DNA of 64,000 bases, from the NCBI RefSeq assembly GCF_001194135.2, contig NC_068984.1, forward strand, positions 19,945,635 to 20,009,634. Reading direction: 5' to 3'. The notes beneath the pieces were generated by a model. It made no database searches, was not told the DNA's origin, and saw nothing but the letters and a program-made list of their open reading frames with translations. Shown here piece by piece: positions 38,962 through 51,680 of the stretch (the stretch's first letter is position 1; every line of letters starts with the position of its first letter). This stretch comes from Octopus bimaculoides. Its lineage: Eukaryota. A program made the position numbers and the translations under genes.

Positions 38962-40317
38962 TCTGATCTCTATTTCAGAAAACACTCGCTGTTCTCTTAG
39001 AGCACATAAAAGACAAATTTGTCTGGGGAAAAATGAGTAAGCCAAGATAAGTAAATATTCCGCTTCAGTTCTTCAGAAAACAAACTTATACACATCAGTA
39101 TCCGTCCCTAAACATCAGAAAAATCAGAAATGCAATAACAAATTTAAATATCTAGGTCAAATGAAAGATGCTCAGGAGAAAATGGTACATGATATAAAAT
39201 GAACGAAACTCGGCTAAATAGATCATAAAAAACTCAACATAAACCATTCTCTGTAGCCTCTTCACGATCTGCTGGAGTTTCTCTCTTCGTGATATATTTA
39301 CATACCCTGCCGTTAAAGAAAAGAAATGATTGAAATTAGACATTACTCATTTTACCCCATTTTAGACATTTTTTTGTAGCTTGAAAATTATCAAATTAGA
39401 AATTATTGTGGGAAAAATTGACTTGAAATCCAACAGAGAAAATAATATTGATTGTTAAATACCAAAAATTATCCACATACTTTATTAGTAACCTCAATTA
39501 CAATCGGGTCAGAGCTGAGGAAAAATTCCTTGAAAAAAAAGTACCTGTCACCTGATTATCTTCCAAACTCTCTCAACAATAACAACAACAACTATATTAA
39601 CCAATTTTTACTCCTAGAGGTGATGCAACAATACAAAATGATGATGCAATACTAGCAATGTAATGATTTCAAATAGGTTGGGAGAAAATAGCGAGAAATT
39701 GAAAGTTACTTGTTTCATCCCGGTTACTAATTTTGGCCCCGCCTCATATATATACTCTTTATTAAAATCGATAAAAATCTTCACAAAGTGCCACTCAGAA
39801 TTCCACGGCGTCGCCGTTCGTTGGACAATTGCAATGATGTGTGTGTGTGTAAATATATATACATACACACATATGTATGCACACACACACACACACACTC
39901 ATCACAGGGTGTTCGGGGCAAAATTTGACGGTATTTTATGCCTCGTTTTTCAAGTACAACTTGTTGTATTGAAGAGTCAACAGCGTTGTAGAACATAAAG
40001 ATTAAGGATATATTTATGAAAACGTTAGCTGAAATGGAGGACTAGAAGCCATCTGAATATTGGGAAAGAGTTACCTGTATCATGAGGATTCGTGCCGGGT
40101 AGCAAAATGCTGGAATCATGACTGCTGCTGAATGCACTGTGAACAACCGGGTTCAGTTGCAGTTTCCGCCTATTCACTTTCACTCACAGGTTAGAAGAAA
40201 ACATAAGAAGTGACATGGACAGCTGCAATGGAGACTACGAAGCCGTGGTGTGTCTCTCGTGAGGGTAACGTAATGCCGCTCCATAACTCTGAATAGGGCG
40301 TTGGCTGAATTCAGACG

Positions 40318-40560
40318 GATATGTGAAACTGCTGGAGACTGTGGTCAAACACTGGCTGGAGAGGGTTGCTGCTGGAAAACCATATGTGAGGAACTAGGAT
40401 TCGGCTCCTCATTACTTCGAAAAGAGTCAGAAGTGGTTGTCGAAGAATTTCTACCTCGCCAGCCGCAATCTCTGGCCTCTTACTTCTCTGATTGTAATTC
40501 CATGGACTACAATGTGTGCGGCGCAGTTGAGAAAGACATCAAGCCTGAACTAGTGGCCAA
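40318..40560 (+). pseudogene. Tc1/mariner (DD37D/maT-like) transposase remnant
   Basis: YVKLLETVVKHWLERVAAGKPYVRN*DSAPH...LWPLTSL, then after a frameshift DCNSMDYNVCGAVEKD. These are the D2 (DSAP) and D3 (D.NP.DY-like) motifs. Confidence 0.85.
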
Positions 40561-40754
40561 GATCAAGGAGATATTTGAAGATCTTCCCATAGTCTAACCA
40601 TCCGAAATTGCAAAGATAATCTGGAACACGACTAAGGAAAGAAAACTCCGAATGACCTGTCCTTGTTTTCTTTGTATCGTATATGTGGATGTTTTGTTGT
40701 CCCTTTCATGTATCACCGAACTGTCTGGATGTTTTGCGTTCTTGTCCCATTTTG

Positions 40755-40788
<34 letters not shown>

Positions 40789-41008
40789 NNNNNNNNNNNN
40801 NNNNNNNNNNNNNNNNNNNNNNNNNNNNNNNNNNNNNNNNNNNNNNNNNNNNNNNNNNNNNNNNNNNNNNNNNNNNNNNNNNNNNNNNNNNNNNNNNNNN
40901 NNNNNNNNNNNNNNNNNNNNNNNNNNNNNNNNNNNNNNNNNNNNNNNNNNNNNNNNNNNNNNNNNNNNNNNNNNNNNNNNNNNNNNNNNNNNNNNNNNNN
41001 NNNNNNNN

Positions 41009-41044
<36 letters not shown>

Positions 41045-41596
41045 GACAGGCTTCTTTCAGTTTCCGGCTACCAATTCCACTCATAAATCTTTGGTCGGCC
41101 CGAGGCTATAGTAGAAGAAACTTGCCCAAGGTGCTACGCTGTGAGATTGAACCCGGAACAATGTGGATGGAAAGCAAGCTTCTTACCACACAGCCACTGG
41201 CATTCGTGACATGTAGATCTACAAGCAGCTCCGGTACTGAATCAAAAATGGCTGAATGGAAAAAGTGGGCTCGTGCGCGCGCAGTAATTATGAATATACT
41301 CTTTCCCACGTATATCTGCACATACATATATACATACATACATGCATACATACAAACATACATACATACAAACATACATACATACATACATACATGGTAA
41401 CGAACCACATAAACTTCACAAAGTCATTTAAAAGAAACATTCGTTTTCCGTTCGACTGATCAACTATTACTTTAAAATTAGTTGGGGCTATGCCCAATGT
41501 CACTATGAAACAAACGGAAATAAGGAATGTCGAATATACCCATGAAAGAAACATATGTGAGCATTTAATTTACTGTAATCTTCTGAGGTATTTAAG

Positions 41597-41660
<64 letters not shown>

Positions 41661-42339
41661 NNNNNNNNNNNNNNNNNNNNNNNNNNNNNNNNNNNNNNNN
41701 NNNNNNNNNNNNNNNNNNNNNNNNNNNNNNNNNNNNNNNNNNNNNNNNNNNNNNNNNNNNNNNNNNNNNNNNNNNNNNNNNNNNNNNNNNNNNNNNNNNN
41801 NNNNNNNNNNNNNNNNNNNNNNNNNNNNNNNNNNNNNNNNNNNNNNNNNNNNNNNNNNNNNNNNNNNNNNNNNNNNNNNNNNNNNNNNNNNNNNNNNNNN
41901 NNNNNNNNNNNNNNNNNNNNNNNNNNNNNNNNNNNNNNNNNNNNNNNNNNNNNNNNNNNNNNNNNNNNNNNNNNNNNNNNNNNNNNNNNNNNNNNNNNNN
42001 NNNNNNNNNNNNNNNNNNNNNNNNNNNNNNNNNNNNNNNNNNNNNNNNNNNNNNNNNNNNNNNNNNNNNNNNNNNNNNNNNNNNNNNNNNNNNNNNNNNN
42101 NNNNNNNNNNNNNNNNNNNNNNNNNNNNNNNNNNNNNNNNNNNNNNNNNNNNNNNNNNNNNNNNNNNNNNNNNNNNNNNNNNNNNNNNNNNNNNNNNNNN
42201 NNNNNNNNNNNNNNNNNNNNNNNNNNNNNNNNNNNNNNNNNNNNNNNNNNNNNNNNNNNNNNNNNNNNNNNNNNNNNNNNNNNNNNNNNGCCTGATCGTA
42301 GTCACATAATGGAAACCATTTCGAGGGAAACATGCTGTT

Positions 42340-42454
42340 TCTATCCTGTTTCTCTTTCTCTACTCTCTCTCTTTCCCTCTCTCTATCTCTCTCTCTCTCT
42401 CTCTCCGTCTCTCTCCCTCTCTCTATCTCTATCTCTCTATCTCTCTCTCTCTCC

Positions 42455-42512
<58 letters not shown>
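42340..42512. repeat. (CT)n microsatellite
   Basis: Directly visible. Confidence 0.95.
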
Positions 42513-42514
<2 letters not shown>

Positions 42515-43704
42515 ATGAAAGTAAGGCAGAAATAGCGAGAGGCAGATATAGGAGAGTGAGAGCTCGGGATGACTGCAATCTTTCTGGGTTAGCGAACGAA
42601 GATCTTACTTTAATCAGTCGCTTTAACACTGTCGATCATCGCAATGCAGTGCTGATGTACGCAGACTTTTAAGCAGGATAGCTGGGAGACAACGAATAGT
42701 TAATCATTTCGTGCAGGGACTCAAACGCAATTCTTACACTGATCTACAAATTAATGAGCTAAGAATCTAACCTAAAAGGTATTCATGATTGTATCAACTT
42801 CGTTTAATGGCAATTCTGAGCTCACCGAATTTATCTATCTATCTATCTATCTATCCCTCCTCCCTCTCTCCCTCTGCATTTTAAATTAATCTATCGCTTT
42901 AATCCGTCAGTAGGCGTGAAGTAGAAATAGCATTCGTAGCTATTGGATGTCTGCTTAACAAATTAACTTCCAAATGTTCACACCTCTTCTACCTTCCCCG
43001 TTTGATCTTCCTATAACGTTTCCTTATCGCTCTGACTATCACATCAGCAGCAGTTGCAATAACAGTTGAAGCACATTATAACTGCACCGAAGCCGCTAGA
43101 GCTTATAATAAGCAGTGAAAGGCTCGCTGCATCACAGGGTCATTGGTATAACGACACATTCCAAGAGCTTGTTGCAACATTACGCTGAGATTTCGTCTTC
43201 AGCATTAAAATTACCGACCTATGCGTCCTCATTTCACTAACCATTTCGTTCCTGTTAATGGTTGAGAAGCCGTTGCCTTAACCAGGTCAACACTATATCT
43301 ATATCTTACTGGTTTCACAAACTGCAAACTCATGTCTTACTATTATTATTGTGTATAAGACCGTCACCCCGCCGAGCAAAATGCTTAGCGACATTTCGTC
43401 TGTCTTTATGTTCTGAGTCAAATTCTATCGAGGTCGATTTTGCTTTTCGGGGTCGATAAAGAATGTGCCACTTAGGCACTGGGGATCGATGTAACTGACT
43501 TGCTCGTTCCACAAAATTACTAAATTTGTGCCGGAAGTAGGAAAAAAATATATTACTGCGCTTGCTGTGCGTTAAGACGACGAGGTGCCTGTATGCAGTC
43601 ACTCGACCTGCTAGAAATAGTAACCAAATGGAACCATACCCTACCGTGTTAAAAGAAGGACTCATTAAGTAATGTGGTCCTGGATGCACTATGTCAGAAT
43701 AAAA

Positions 43705-44105
43705 AAATATTCTTTTCTACTCTAGGTACAAGGCCCGAAATTTTGGGGGTGGGGGTCAACTCGATTAGATCTCCCTCATTACGTAACAGGTACTTAATTT
43801 ATCGACCCCGAAAGGATGAAAAGCAAAGTCGACCTCGGCGAAATTTGAACTCAGAACGTAACGGCAGACGAAATACCGCTAAGCATTTAGCCCGGCGTGC
43901 TAACGTTTCTTATTTCTTTATTGCCCACAAGGGGCTAAACATAGAGGGGACAAACAAGGACAGACAAAGGGAATAAGTCGATTACATCGACCCCAAAGAG
44001 CGTAACTAGTACTTCATTTATCGACCCCGAAAGGATGAAAGGCAAAGTTGGCCTCGGCGGAATTTGAACTCAGAACCTAACGATTCTGCCAGCTCGCCGC
44101 CTTCA
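43705..44105 (-). mobile_element. SINE family B head-to-tail dimer
   Basis: Two core copies joined at aaataa|gaaacgttagcacg (~43908). Confidence 0.85.
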
Positions 44106-44990
44106 GAATAAATTAAATCTGGTGTGTAAGTTACAAGTGATTTTTAGTATTTACAGAGCAGAGATCGAAACTCTTCCGCCACAATAAATTAAATCAGTCA
44201 TTCTTAATAGATATATTTGATTTCGGATATCGCTCATGAAGCAACAATGAAACAGGAGTGCTGCATTATTTTCCGGTGTACATCTATATACAAGCAAGTA
44301 GAGAATGTGATTTATCTATATTTCAAAAACAATGATCACTAGGCCTACTACAAATAACAGCCAAATCTCCTTCAAATCACACGATACCATCATAAATATA
44401 AGTGAATAAGTTAGACAAAGCAGTCCTTGATGTACTAACAGCTATGCTGGTCAAAGCTGGAATGTCTTTTAGTCCTGCTTAGATAGGGCCAGCCTAGGGC
44501 TAAACAATAACATGACATTGACTATTAGGGCAATGAGAAAGAGAGTATTTTGCATAGTTGTTTGACCTACTAGAAGCAGCAGCTAAATCTTCATCACCAT
44601 CATTCCAGCGTGTGATTTTTGCCGCTGATTTTTCCAGGAAACATGAAGACCAACATCTCTGAAGAACTAGAAATGAGAGCTCGACTCATCTTTCCAAAAG
44701 CATACTTCAAATAAGTTAAGTGATGTGATTAGTGATGAGAATGTTAATCTGACCAGAAACTAAGTTAACTGAAATTTTACAGTCACACTATTAACTATTG
44801 TCAAAATGGTTCGACATTGCAGAGCTTAGGTGTTTTGACGTATCAGTTTTGTAAACAGATTCATGTTTCTACAATAAATTACTAATGTGTAAACTATAAC
44901 AGTCACAGTCACGCAAAGTTGTTGAGATTTTGCATTGCAGTTGCAAATACATGTTGATAAGATTTCAATGAAGCACAACACTACAAGTTT

Positions 44991-45564
44991 GGGATCTTTT
45001 TTAAAACGGGGGCCACATTTTTCATTAACGAAACACTTTGAAAATTGGAACACTGGTAGAATGTGTCATATAAAACATCTTTTTCTCTTAGTCTTCTTAA
45101 AAAAAAAAAGAAATCCATAAATTATTCCATGTTAAAGTTGTCGTATTTCTGTAATTTCAACCAATCACTGACGTCCATTCAGCCGATATACATTAAGTGC
45201 CGACTACNNNNNNNNNNNNNNNNNNNNNNNNNNNNNNNNNNNNNNNNNNNNNNNNNNNNNNNNNNNNNNNNNNNNNNNNNTTAAAATGAAAAAAGCAAAT
45301 AAAACGAAGGTATGGAGATTAAATACGCTTTACATCGCTTAATGAGCCAAAGGAGTAAATGTAAACAACTGAATACTTGTCAGTGATTGGTTGAAATTAT
45401 CGAAATAAGACAATTTTTTACATGAAATAAATTCGAATACAAAAATATTTTCCTGTTCTATAACACAAAATAGATAAGTATACGAAGTTTGAAAGTCTTT
45501 CGGTACCAAAAACACTACGTAAAACATTAATGAAAAATGTGGCCCCCGTTTTAAAAAAGATCCC
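44991..45564. mobile_element. Foldback/MITE-like element with ~200-bp imperfect inverted arms
   Basis: GGGATCTTTTTTAAAACGGGGGCCACATTTTTCATTAA at the left end and its reverse complement at the right. AAGTTT flanks both ends. N-gap in the centre. Confidence 0.75.
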
Positions 45565-46079
45565 AAGTTTGCTTGTTATATGTTTTTTTCTTTTTGTATT
45601 CATTTATTTTATTTTATTTCTACAAAATTATTATTACAACTAATACGCGCCGTGTTTTTCAATAAGGAACCCCGAATATTTTTCTTTATCAGTAATACTT
45701 TATATACTTCGTTCCTTTTATGAATAATTTATTTACTCGCTTTAATCAATGCTCTTTACAATAACATTCAAAAGATAGTTTACTTCCTCTCTTGCAGTTT
45801 CATCGCTCGACAAGAACTATTTAGTCTACATTTCAGATGAATTTGAATTGAAGGACATTTCTGGAGCATTTTTTATTAGTTTCTTCTTTTCTTCTTTTTT
45901 TCACTAGTTTCAGTCAATGGATTACGGCCATGTTGGGATACCGCTTTCAAGTGTTTTAGTCGATAGTATTAACTTCAGTGCTTGGTCTGGCATTTCGGTT
46001 ATTTTGCTTTATCGTAAAAGATGTATATTAGAGATGGTTAGAAATACCGCAAGGCCTTCAACATGTAATAATAATTTCA

Positions 46080-46299
46080 GTGTTTTCTTTTATTTGTTTC
46101 AGTCATTTGACTGCGACCGTTGCTGGAGCACCGCCTTTAGTCGAACAAACCGTTCCCAGGACTTATTCTTTGTAAGCCTAGTACTTATTCTATCGGCCTC
46201 TTTTGCCGAGCCGCTAAGTTACGGGGACGTAAACACACCAACATCGGTTGTCAAGCGATGGTGGGGTGGGGGACAAACACAGACACACACACAAATATA

Positions 46300-46346
<47 letters not shown>

Positions 46347-46497
46347 GACGGGCTTCTTTCAGTTTCCGTCTACCAAATCCACTCCCAAGGCTTAAGTCGG
46401 CCCGAGGCTATAGTAGAAGACACTTGTCCAAGGTTCCACGCAGTGGAACTGAACCTGGAACCATGTGGTTGTGAAGCAAGTTTCTTACCACACAGCA
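46080..46497 (-). mobile_element. SINE family A, young, (TA)n linker
   Basis: Reverse complement of 6148-6564. Confidence 0.9.
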
Positions 46498-46545
46498 TGC
46501 AACAATATGTATGCTATACATTGCACAGTACAGTTGTACAATTAT

Positions 46546-46677
46546 AAATCAATGCAGATAAAGAAGGCTAGCTCTTCAGATCGCCAGGACGTCGTGGTTA
46601 TACCAGAGTTGGAGCATTGGTGTAACCATGGTGTTCTGGTGATCTGAAGAGCAAGCCTTCTATATCTGCATTGATTT
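46546..46677 (+). ncRNA. Candidate hairpin RNA (61-bp stem, 10-nt loop)
   Basis: 52 Watson-Crick pairs, 7 G:U pairs and 2 A.A mismatches on the + strand. The hairpin is certain; an RNA function is unproven. Confidence 0.35.
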
Positions 46678-47549
46678 GCAAGTATACAATATACAGCATG
46701 TATATTGGTGCAGAAATGTAAAATAATCTATTATACACGGAAATTAAGTGGTTAAATAAATACATTCACTTTCGTACCTCCTGACTTTTTATGGTATATA
46801 CACTACTCATGAAATAATTTCAGCTGCATAGAACTCGGCATTATACCCCTCCATACTGGATGTCTATGTGAACTGGTAGCCGGTCCATAAGAGGAGCTTT
46901 TCTATTAATGCCACAGGATTCCGTGTATCCATTTATTGCACGACAAATGTGTGTGTGTGTGTGTGTGTTTAAGTCATTGGACTGCGGCCATGCTGTGGCA
47001 CTGCCTTGAACTGTTTTAGTCGAGCAAATTGTCCCAAGTATCTATTTTTAAGTTTGGTACTTATTCTGTCGTACCAGTCAAGTGCTGAGCTCGACGTAAT
47101 TGATTTTCCCCCTCCCCTCAAAATTGCTGACCTGGAACCTTGCAACGGACTGGCGTTCCGTTAAGGATGAATATTGTGATCTCGGTTACTTATACGCCAC
47201 AGAAACCGGGTAACCGGCCTCATGAGCAAAAGGGCTTGAGAAAAAACATGTTGAACCGCTAAGTTGTGGCGGTAAACAAACTAACACCGGTTGTCAAGGG
47301 GTTGAACAAACACAGACACAATGATATACACACACAATCTCTTGTTTCAATTTGGCAATTGTTAAGTTTTCAGATGTATTTGTTTTCTGGCGGTTTCTTT
47401 TCTTTTTTGCTTTGTTTTTGTTTTTTTTGTTTTTTTTTTGTTTTTTTGTATTTTTTCCTATCTAGCACACCATTATTGTATGTCTAAAAAAAAGGGGGTA
47501 AAATTTATCCGAACTTCAAAAGCGATGAACAAAAGTTGTACAGGAAGCA

Positions 47550-47882
47550 TTTATTTATTATTTATTTATGCGCCTTTTTTAAAGCCTAGCCAGGCTCATG
47601 GGCCCGGTTTCCCGATTTCTATGGCGTATGTGTTCCCCCACCCCACCCCAGCTGGACGGGACGCCAGTCCATCGCAGCTTTACTCAAGAAACAGGAAGAA
47701 AGAGTGAGAGAAAGTTGGGGCGAAAGAGTACAACAGGGGTCACCCCACCCCCACTGCCAGAGCCTCGTGGAGCTTAGGTGTTTTCGCTCAATAAACACGC
47801 ACAACGCCTGGTCTGGGAATCGAAACCGAGATCCTCCAACTGCGAATCCGCTGCCCTAACCACTGGGCCATTGCGCCTCCAC
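47550..47882 (-). mobile_element. tRNA-derived SINE with the same head as the Nin-like family but a V-domain-like core
   Basis: Head matches 62990-63167. Core ctgcgatggactggcgtcccgtccag resembles the V-SINE domain (from memory). Confidence 0.7.
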
Positions 47883-50039
47883 AGGAAGCATAGAGCTACA
47901 AAAAAAGATAAAGAAAAGAAAACGATAAAAATATTTTTCGTGATAATTCAAATAACATTGAAAAGGATTAAAATAAATGAGGGGTAAAACGAACGAATTT
48001 ATCTGACAACCCGGTATAGAACAAGAAGTCCGCGATAGTGTTGTAGGTTTCCTATAGCCTTTAGCAAATCTTTACTGGGTACCCAAGAGACCAAGTGGAT
48101 AGGGTGTCAGTAACTTGATTAAAAAGAGGGGAGTTCGTATTGTGTCGCTGGTCCAAAGGTTATATTACTGAATTATTGAAAGTTCGGATTAAGTTTCTGA
48201 AGTTAAGTGACGAAATGGCCTGTTTGAGAAAAACCAAGTGTTAATGTTTACACAGTTGTATTAAAAGCAGTGAAGCTGGCAGATGCGGTAGCACGTTGGA
48301 AAAATGCTTAGCGGCATTTCTTCTGGACCTTTACGTTCTAAGTTCAAATTCTGTCGACTTTTCTTTTCATATATTCAGGATCAATAAAGTAAGAACCAGT
48401 TGAACACTGGGGTCGATGTAGTTGACTTTCTCCTTCCCTTAGAATTGCTGGCCTCGTGTTAAAATTAGAAAGAATATATAAAGCAGCGTGCTAGCAGAAT
48501 AGTTAGCAACTCGGACAAAATGCTGAGTGGCATTTCTTCCGTTTCTTTGTGCTCTGAGTTTAAATCCCGCCGAAGTTAACTTCGCTTTTTATTCCTTCGG
48601 TGTCGATAAAATAAAGTACCGGTCAAGTGCTGAGCTCGACGTAATTGATTTTCCCCTCCCCTCAAAATTTCTGACCTAGAACCCTGCAACGGACTGGCGT
48701 TCCGTTAAGGATGGATATTGTGATCTCGGTTACTTATACGCCACAGAAACCGGGTAACCAGCCTTATGAGTAAAAGGGCTTGAGAAAAAAAAGAATAGAA
48801 AGAGAGACGAGGGGAAGTGCGAGAGTGCTGCATTAAAAAAATTTGGTGTTTAATTTAATTTGAAGAAGAATCGTAAGTCAATAAACTTGGAAAGAATACA
48901 GGAGTTGAAACTGCTGTTAAAACTTTTGATATTGCATATTAAAAAATTAGGACAAAAAAAAAATGTCGAAATGTTTTTAAACGAAAAAGTAAAAATGTGT
49001 GTATTGGAAGATATTCTTTTGTTGAGAATATTACCCGACGGGTTTAAACTGTGGATAAACTAGATATCAGTCATGTCTGGCTTATGGATCCCTGAAGAGA
49101 ATTTTGTTGCGCATTGATTTCAAAGCAGAGAAATTAGGTTTGCTTAGTTAAGCCAATATTACAGGCGCATTTTATACTCTGCAGGGGTATGTCTGGTTGC
49201 TGATGTAACACCATACAAGCCAAACCACATATGATTCATATATGAGCATTTGTTAAATGAAGTAAATTTAGAACTGAACACACACGTGCATATGCACACA
49301 CACGTGTGCATGAACGGGTAGGAGAGTGGCGGGTAAAGAAGCATACTCCTACACATATTTTTATTGCTTATATAAATAATAAATGTGGTAAAAGAACCGG
49401 GTTCTTTAAATATAACAACTATCGAGAATTGAAAAGAGATGTAGGTTGGTTATATAATTTTTATTAGATTCGTCTCAAAGCTAGATGAAAGAGCTATTGA
49501 CGAAAACTACGATCAATAGTTATTGGGAGAAGCAATGTGGAATGACTTTTGGTAAACCAATCAAAAAGTTAGCACGTTAAAGTGTTGTTGTTTTTTTTTT
49601 CTTATTCCTGTGATATGTTTCCATCTCTGCCAAATGGTATCAGTTTCAATTGGATGTCTATGAGACAATGTCCATCAATAAAAAGAAAAGCAACATCTGA
49701 AGCTAGATATTTAATCTAAATCCACTATTACCATAAATTAAAACAGTTTGAAAAAAATGAAATTTTACGGCCTCATTATTACAAGAAAGCCACAGTGGTC
49801 GGCGGATACCCAGCAAGAGATTGACAGTTCGTAATTTAACTCTGGTATTGAGCTGTGTCCATGGCCAACCAATGGTTTATCTGTGTTAACAGTGGTTGTT
49901 TTGTTAATATGCAATATTCGCTTCGATTCCTTGTGATTGTAAGCAGATGAGGTACTAGCTCTTATTGTTCTCATCAATAAATCAATGGGAATTATTATCT
50001 GTCGATGGTTCTCATTGATTAGGAGAAAATAAGTTAAAC

Positions 50040-50340
50040 AACCTCTCTGCTCCTGCCAACTACCATTTCAAGCAAATCGCAAACAGCCACCTTATTCATC
50101 ACCTTGTGTTTCTTCCCTTTCTTACTGATCCCCATTGCACTTCCTGTAAAAACAGATCTGTCTTAGTATTGTTCTAGTTCGTTACTTGCCAGTAGTTCTT
50201 CACTCTGAAGAACTTCAACAAAAACAATGTTGTTGTGTTGAACATTAGTAAAACCTTGCACCTCCTAAGCTGTCTGCCTGTAAACTTCATTTGCTTCTAA
50301 TGTTTTGGCTCAGAAGTTTCCTATCCAACTGTTTCATCAC
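50040..50340 (-). pseudogene. Possible pogo/Tigger transposase C-terminal remnant
   Basis: Stop-interrupted frame EVQGFTNVQHNNIVFVEVLQSEELLASNELEQ weakly resembles the acidic GF.DV...ELL....LTNEEL tail. Confidence 0.3.
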
Positions 50341-50989
50341 AACGTTTTCTAGTGAATTTTTCAATAGTAAGAGTGAAAGATGGTGCGTGGGCTGTCACGT
50401 CGCAACTTCATAATTACAAACAAAAATTGTGCAGTGTATCGGAACACATGGCGGTCTTCCTTGAATACGATATCTTTGCATTTCTGTTTTCATTTTCAAG
50501 AACNNNNNNNNNNNNNNNNNNNNNNNNNNNNNNNNNNNNNNNNNNNNNNNNNNNNNNNNNNNNNNNNNNNNNNNNNNNNNNNNNNNNNNNNNNNNNNNNN
50601 NNNNNNNNNNNNNNNNNNNNNNNNNNNNNNNNNNNNNNNNNNNNNNNNNNNNNNNNNNNNNNNNNNNNNNNNNNNNNNNNNNNNNNNNNNNNNNNNNNNN
50701 NNNNNNNNNNNNNNNNNNNNNNNNNNNNNNNNNNNNNNNNNNNNNNNNNNNNNNNNNNNNNNNNNNNNNNNNNNNNNNNNNNNNNNNNNNNNNNNNNNNN
50801 NNNNNNATTACGATTCCAAATAATTTTTTTTTTTCTAAATTCAGAATAATGCTTACAATAATTTTCCATTTTCATTTTGTTATCATAAATCGAAAGAATA
50901 CCAACGGAAACTGTGCAAAATCCTTCGGAAAAAGACTGTTCTTGTTCTTGGGTGATAGCCTTAAGTCTAATTCGTCCCATATTTTACCA

Positions 50990-51680
50990 CCACCATCTTG
51001 TGGTCCTTGGTTGACTTTAACGGAGTCCGCTCTGAAGCAAGCACCCCGGCCGTGAAATTTTTTTCCCACGAGAGTTCCGGACCCCAGTAATGAACTCATT
51101 TGCATACAGCCAATCAGAGCTCACCTTGACCTTGTTGTCAAGTTAACAAACACTCTCTACCAAGTAGACTCAAGACGAAGAACAGTGTTGTAGATTGACC
51201 GATCGCCAAGTTATGCCTGATTTTAGGAGACAAGTAATTAGATAGATTTGCGTCTATACCTATTATCGGATTTTGTTAGGGCCCCATATGGTAAAGATGT
51301 GGCTATGAAAAATGTGGGTAGAGGGTGATGTGCTAGCAACCCTCTCCCCTTACTGTTTTACAAATTAAACAACAGCACAAATAACTACGCAGAAACAACC
51401 ATGGTTGAAACAACAAAAAGAACAACAAGCATTCTTAAAAGACAAAAAGAAATACGGTCATTCCTTACCCAAGTGACCTTACCTTATCGCCCATCACTTG
51501 CTATGCGCTCATAAATTAGTTTGATAATTGTGCTCTGATTGGCTGTATGCAAATGAGTTCATAACTGGGTCCCAGAAATCGCACCCCGGCCAGCATTTCG
51601 ATCTAAAAGAAAATAACCGGTTCCCTGCCTCTTAAACAGTGTAGTAACGCCGTGCGCATGCGTAGTCTCACGCATGCGTG
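50990..51680. promoter_or_regulatory. Candidate bidirectional promoter, or a TIR element with octamer+CCAAT modules
   Basis: Inverted 41-bp modules (51079-51120 and 51532-51572), each with ATTTGCAT and CCAAT. NRF1-like TGCGCATGCG at 51653-51662. YY1-like CAAGATGG on the minus strand at 50993-51000. CpG-rich. Confidence 0.45.

Noticed and set aside
39100-39780. Possible hAT transposase C-terminal remnant
   Set aside because: Similarity is too weak (YPHT..LLVTSIT only) to support by eye.
46572-46584. CTCTTCAGATCGC, similar to part of vertebrate U5 snRNA
   Set aside because: A 13-nt coincidence. There is no U5 loop 1 and no Sm site.
51030-51050. Minus-strand GTGCTTGCTTC, similar to the U6 snRNA 5' end near an octamer
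   Set aside because: Only 11 nt match, and the conserved ACAGAGA box and the rest of U6 are absent.
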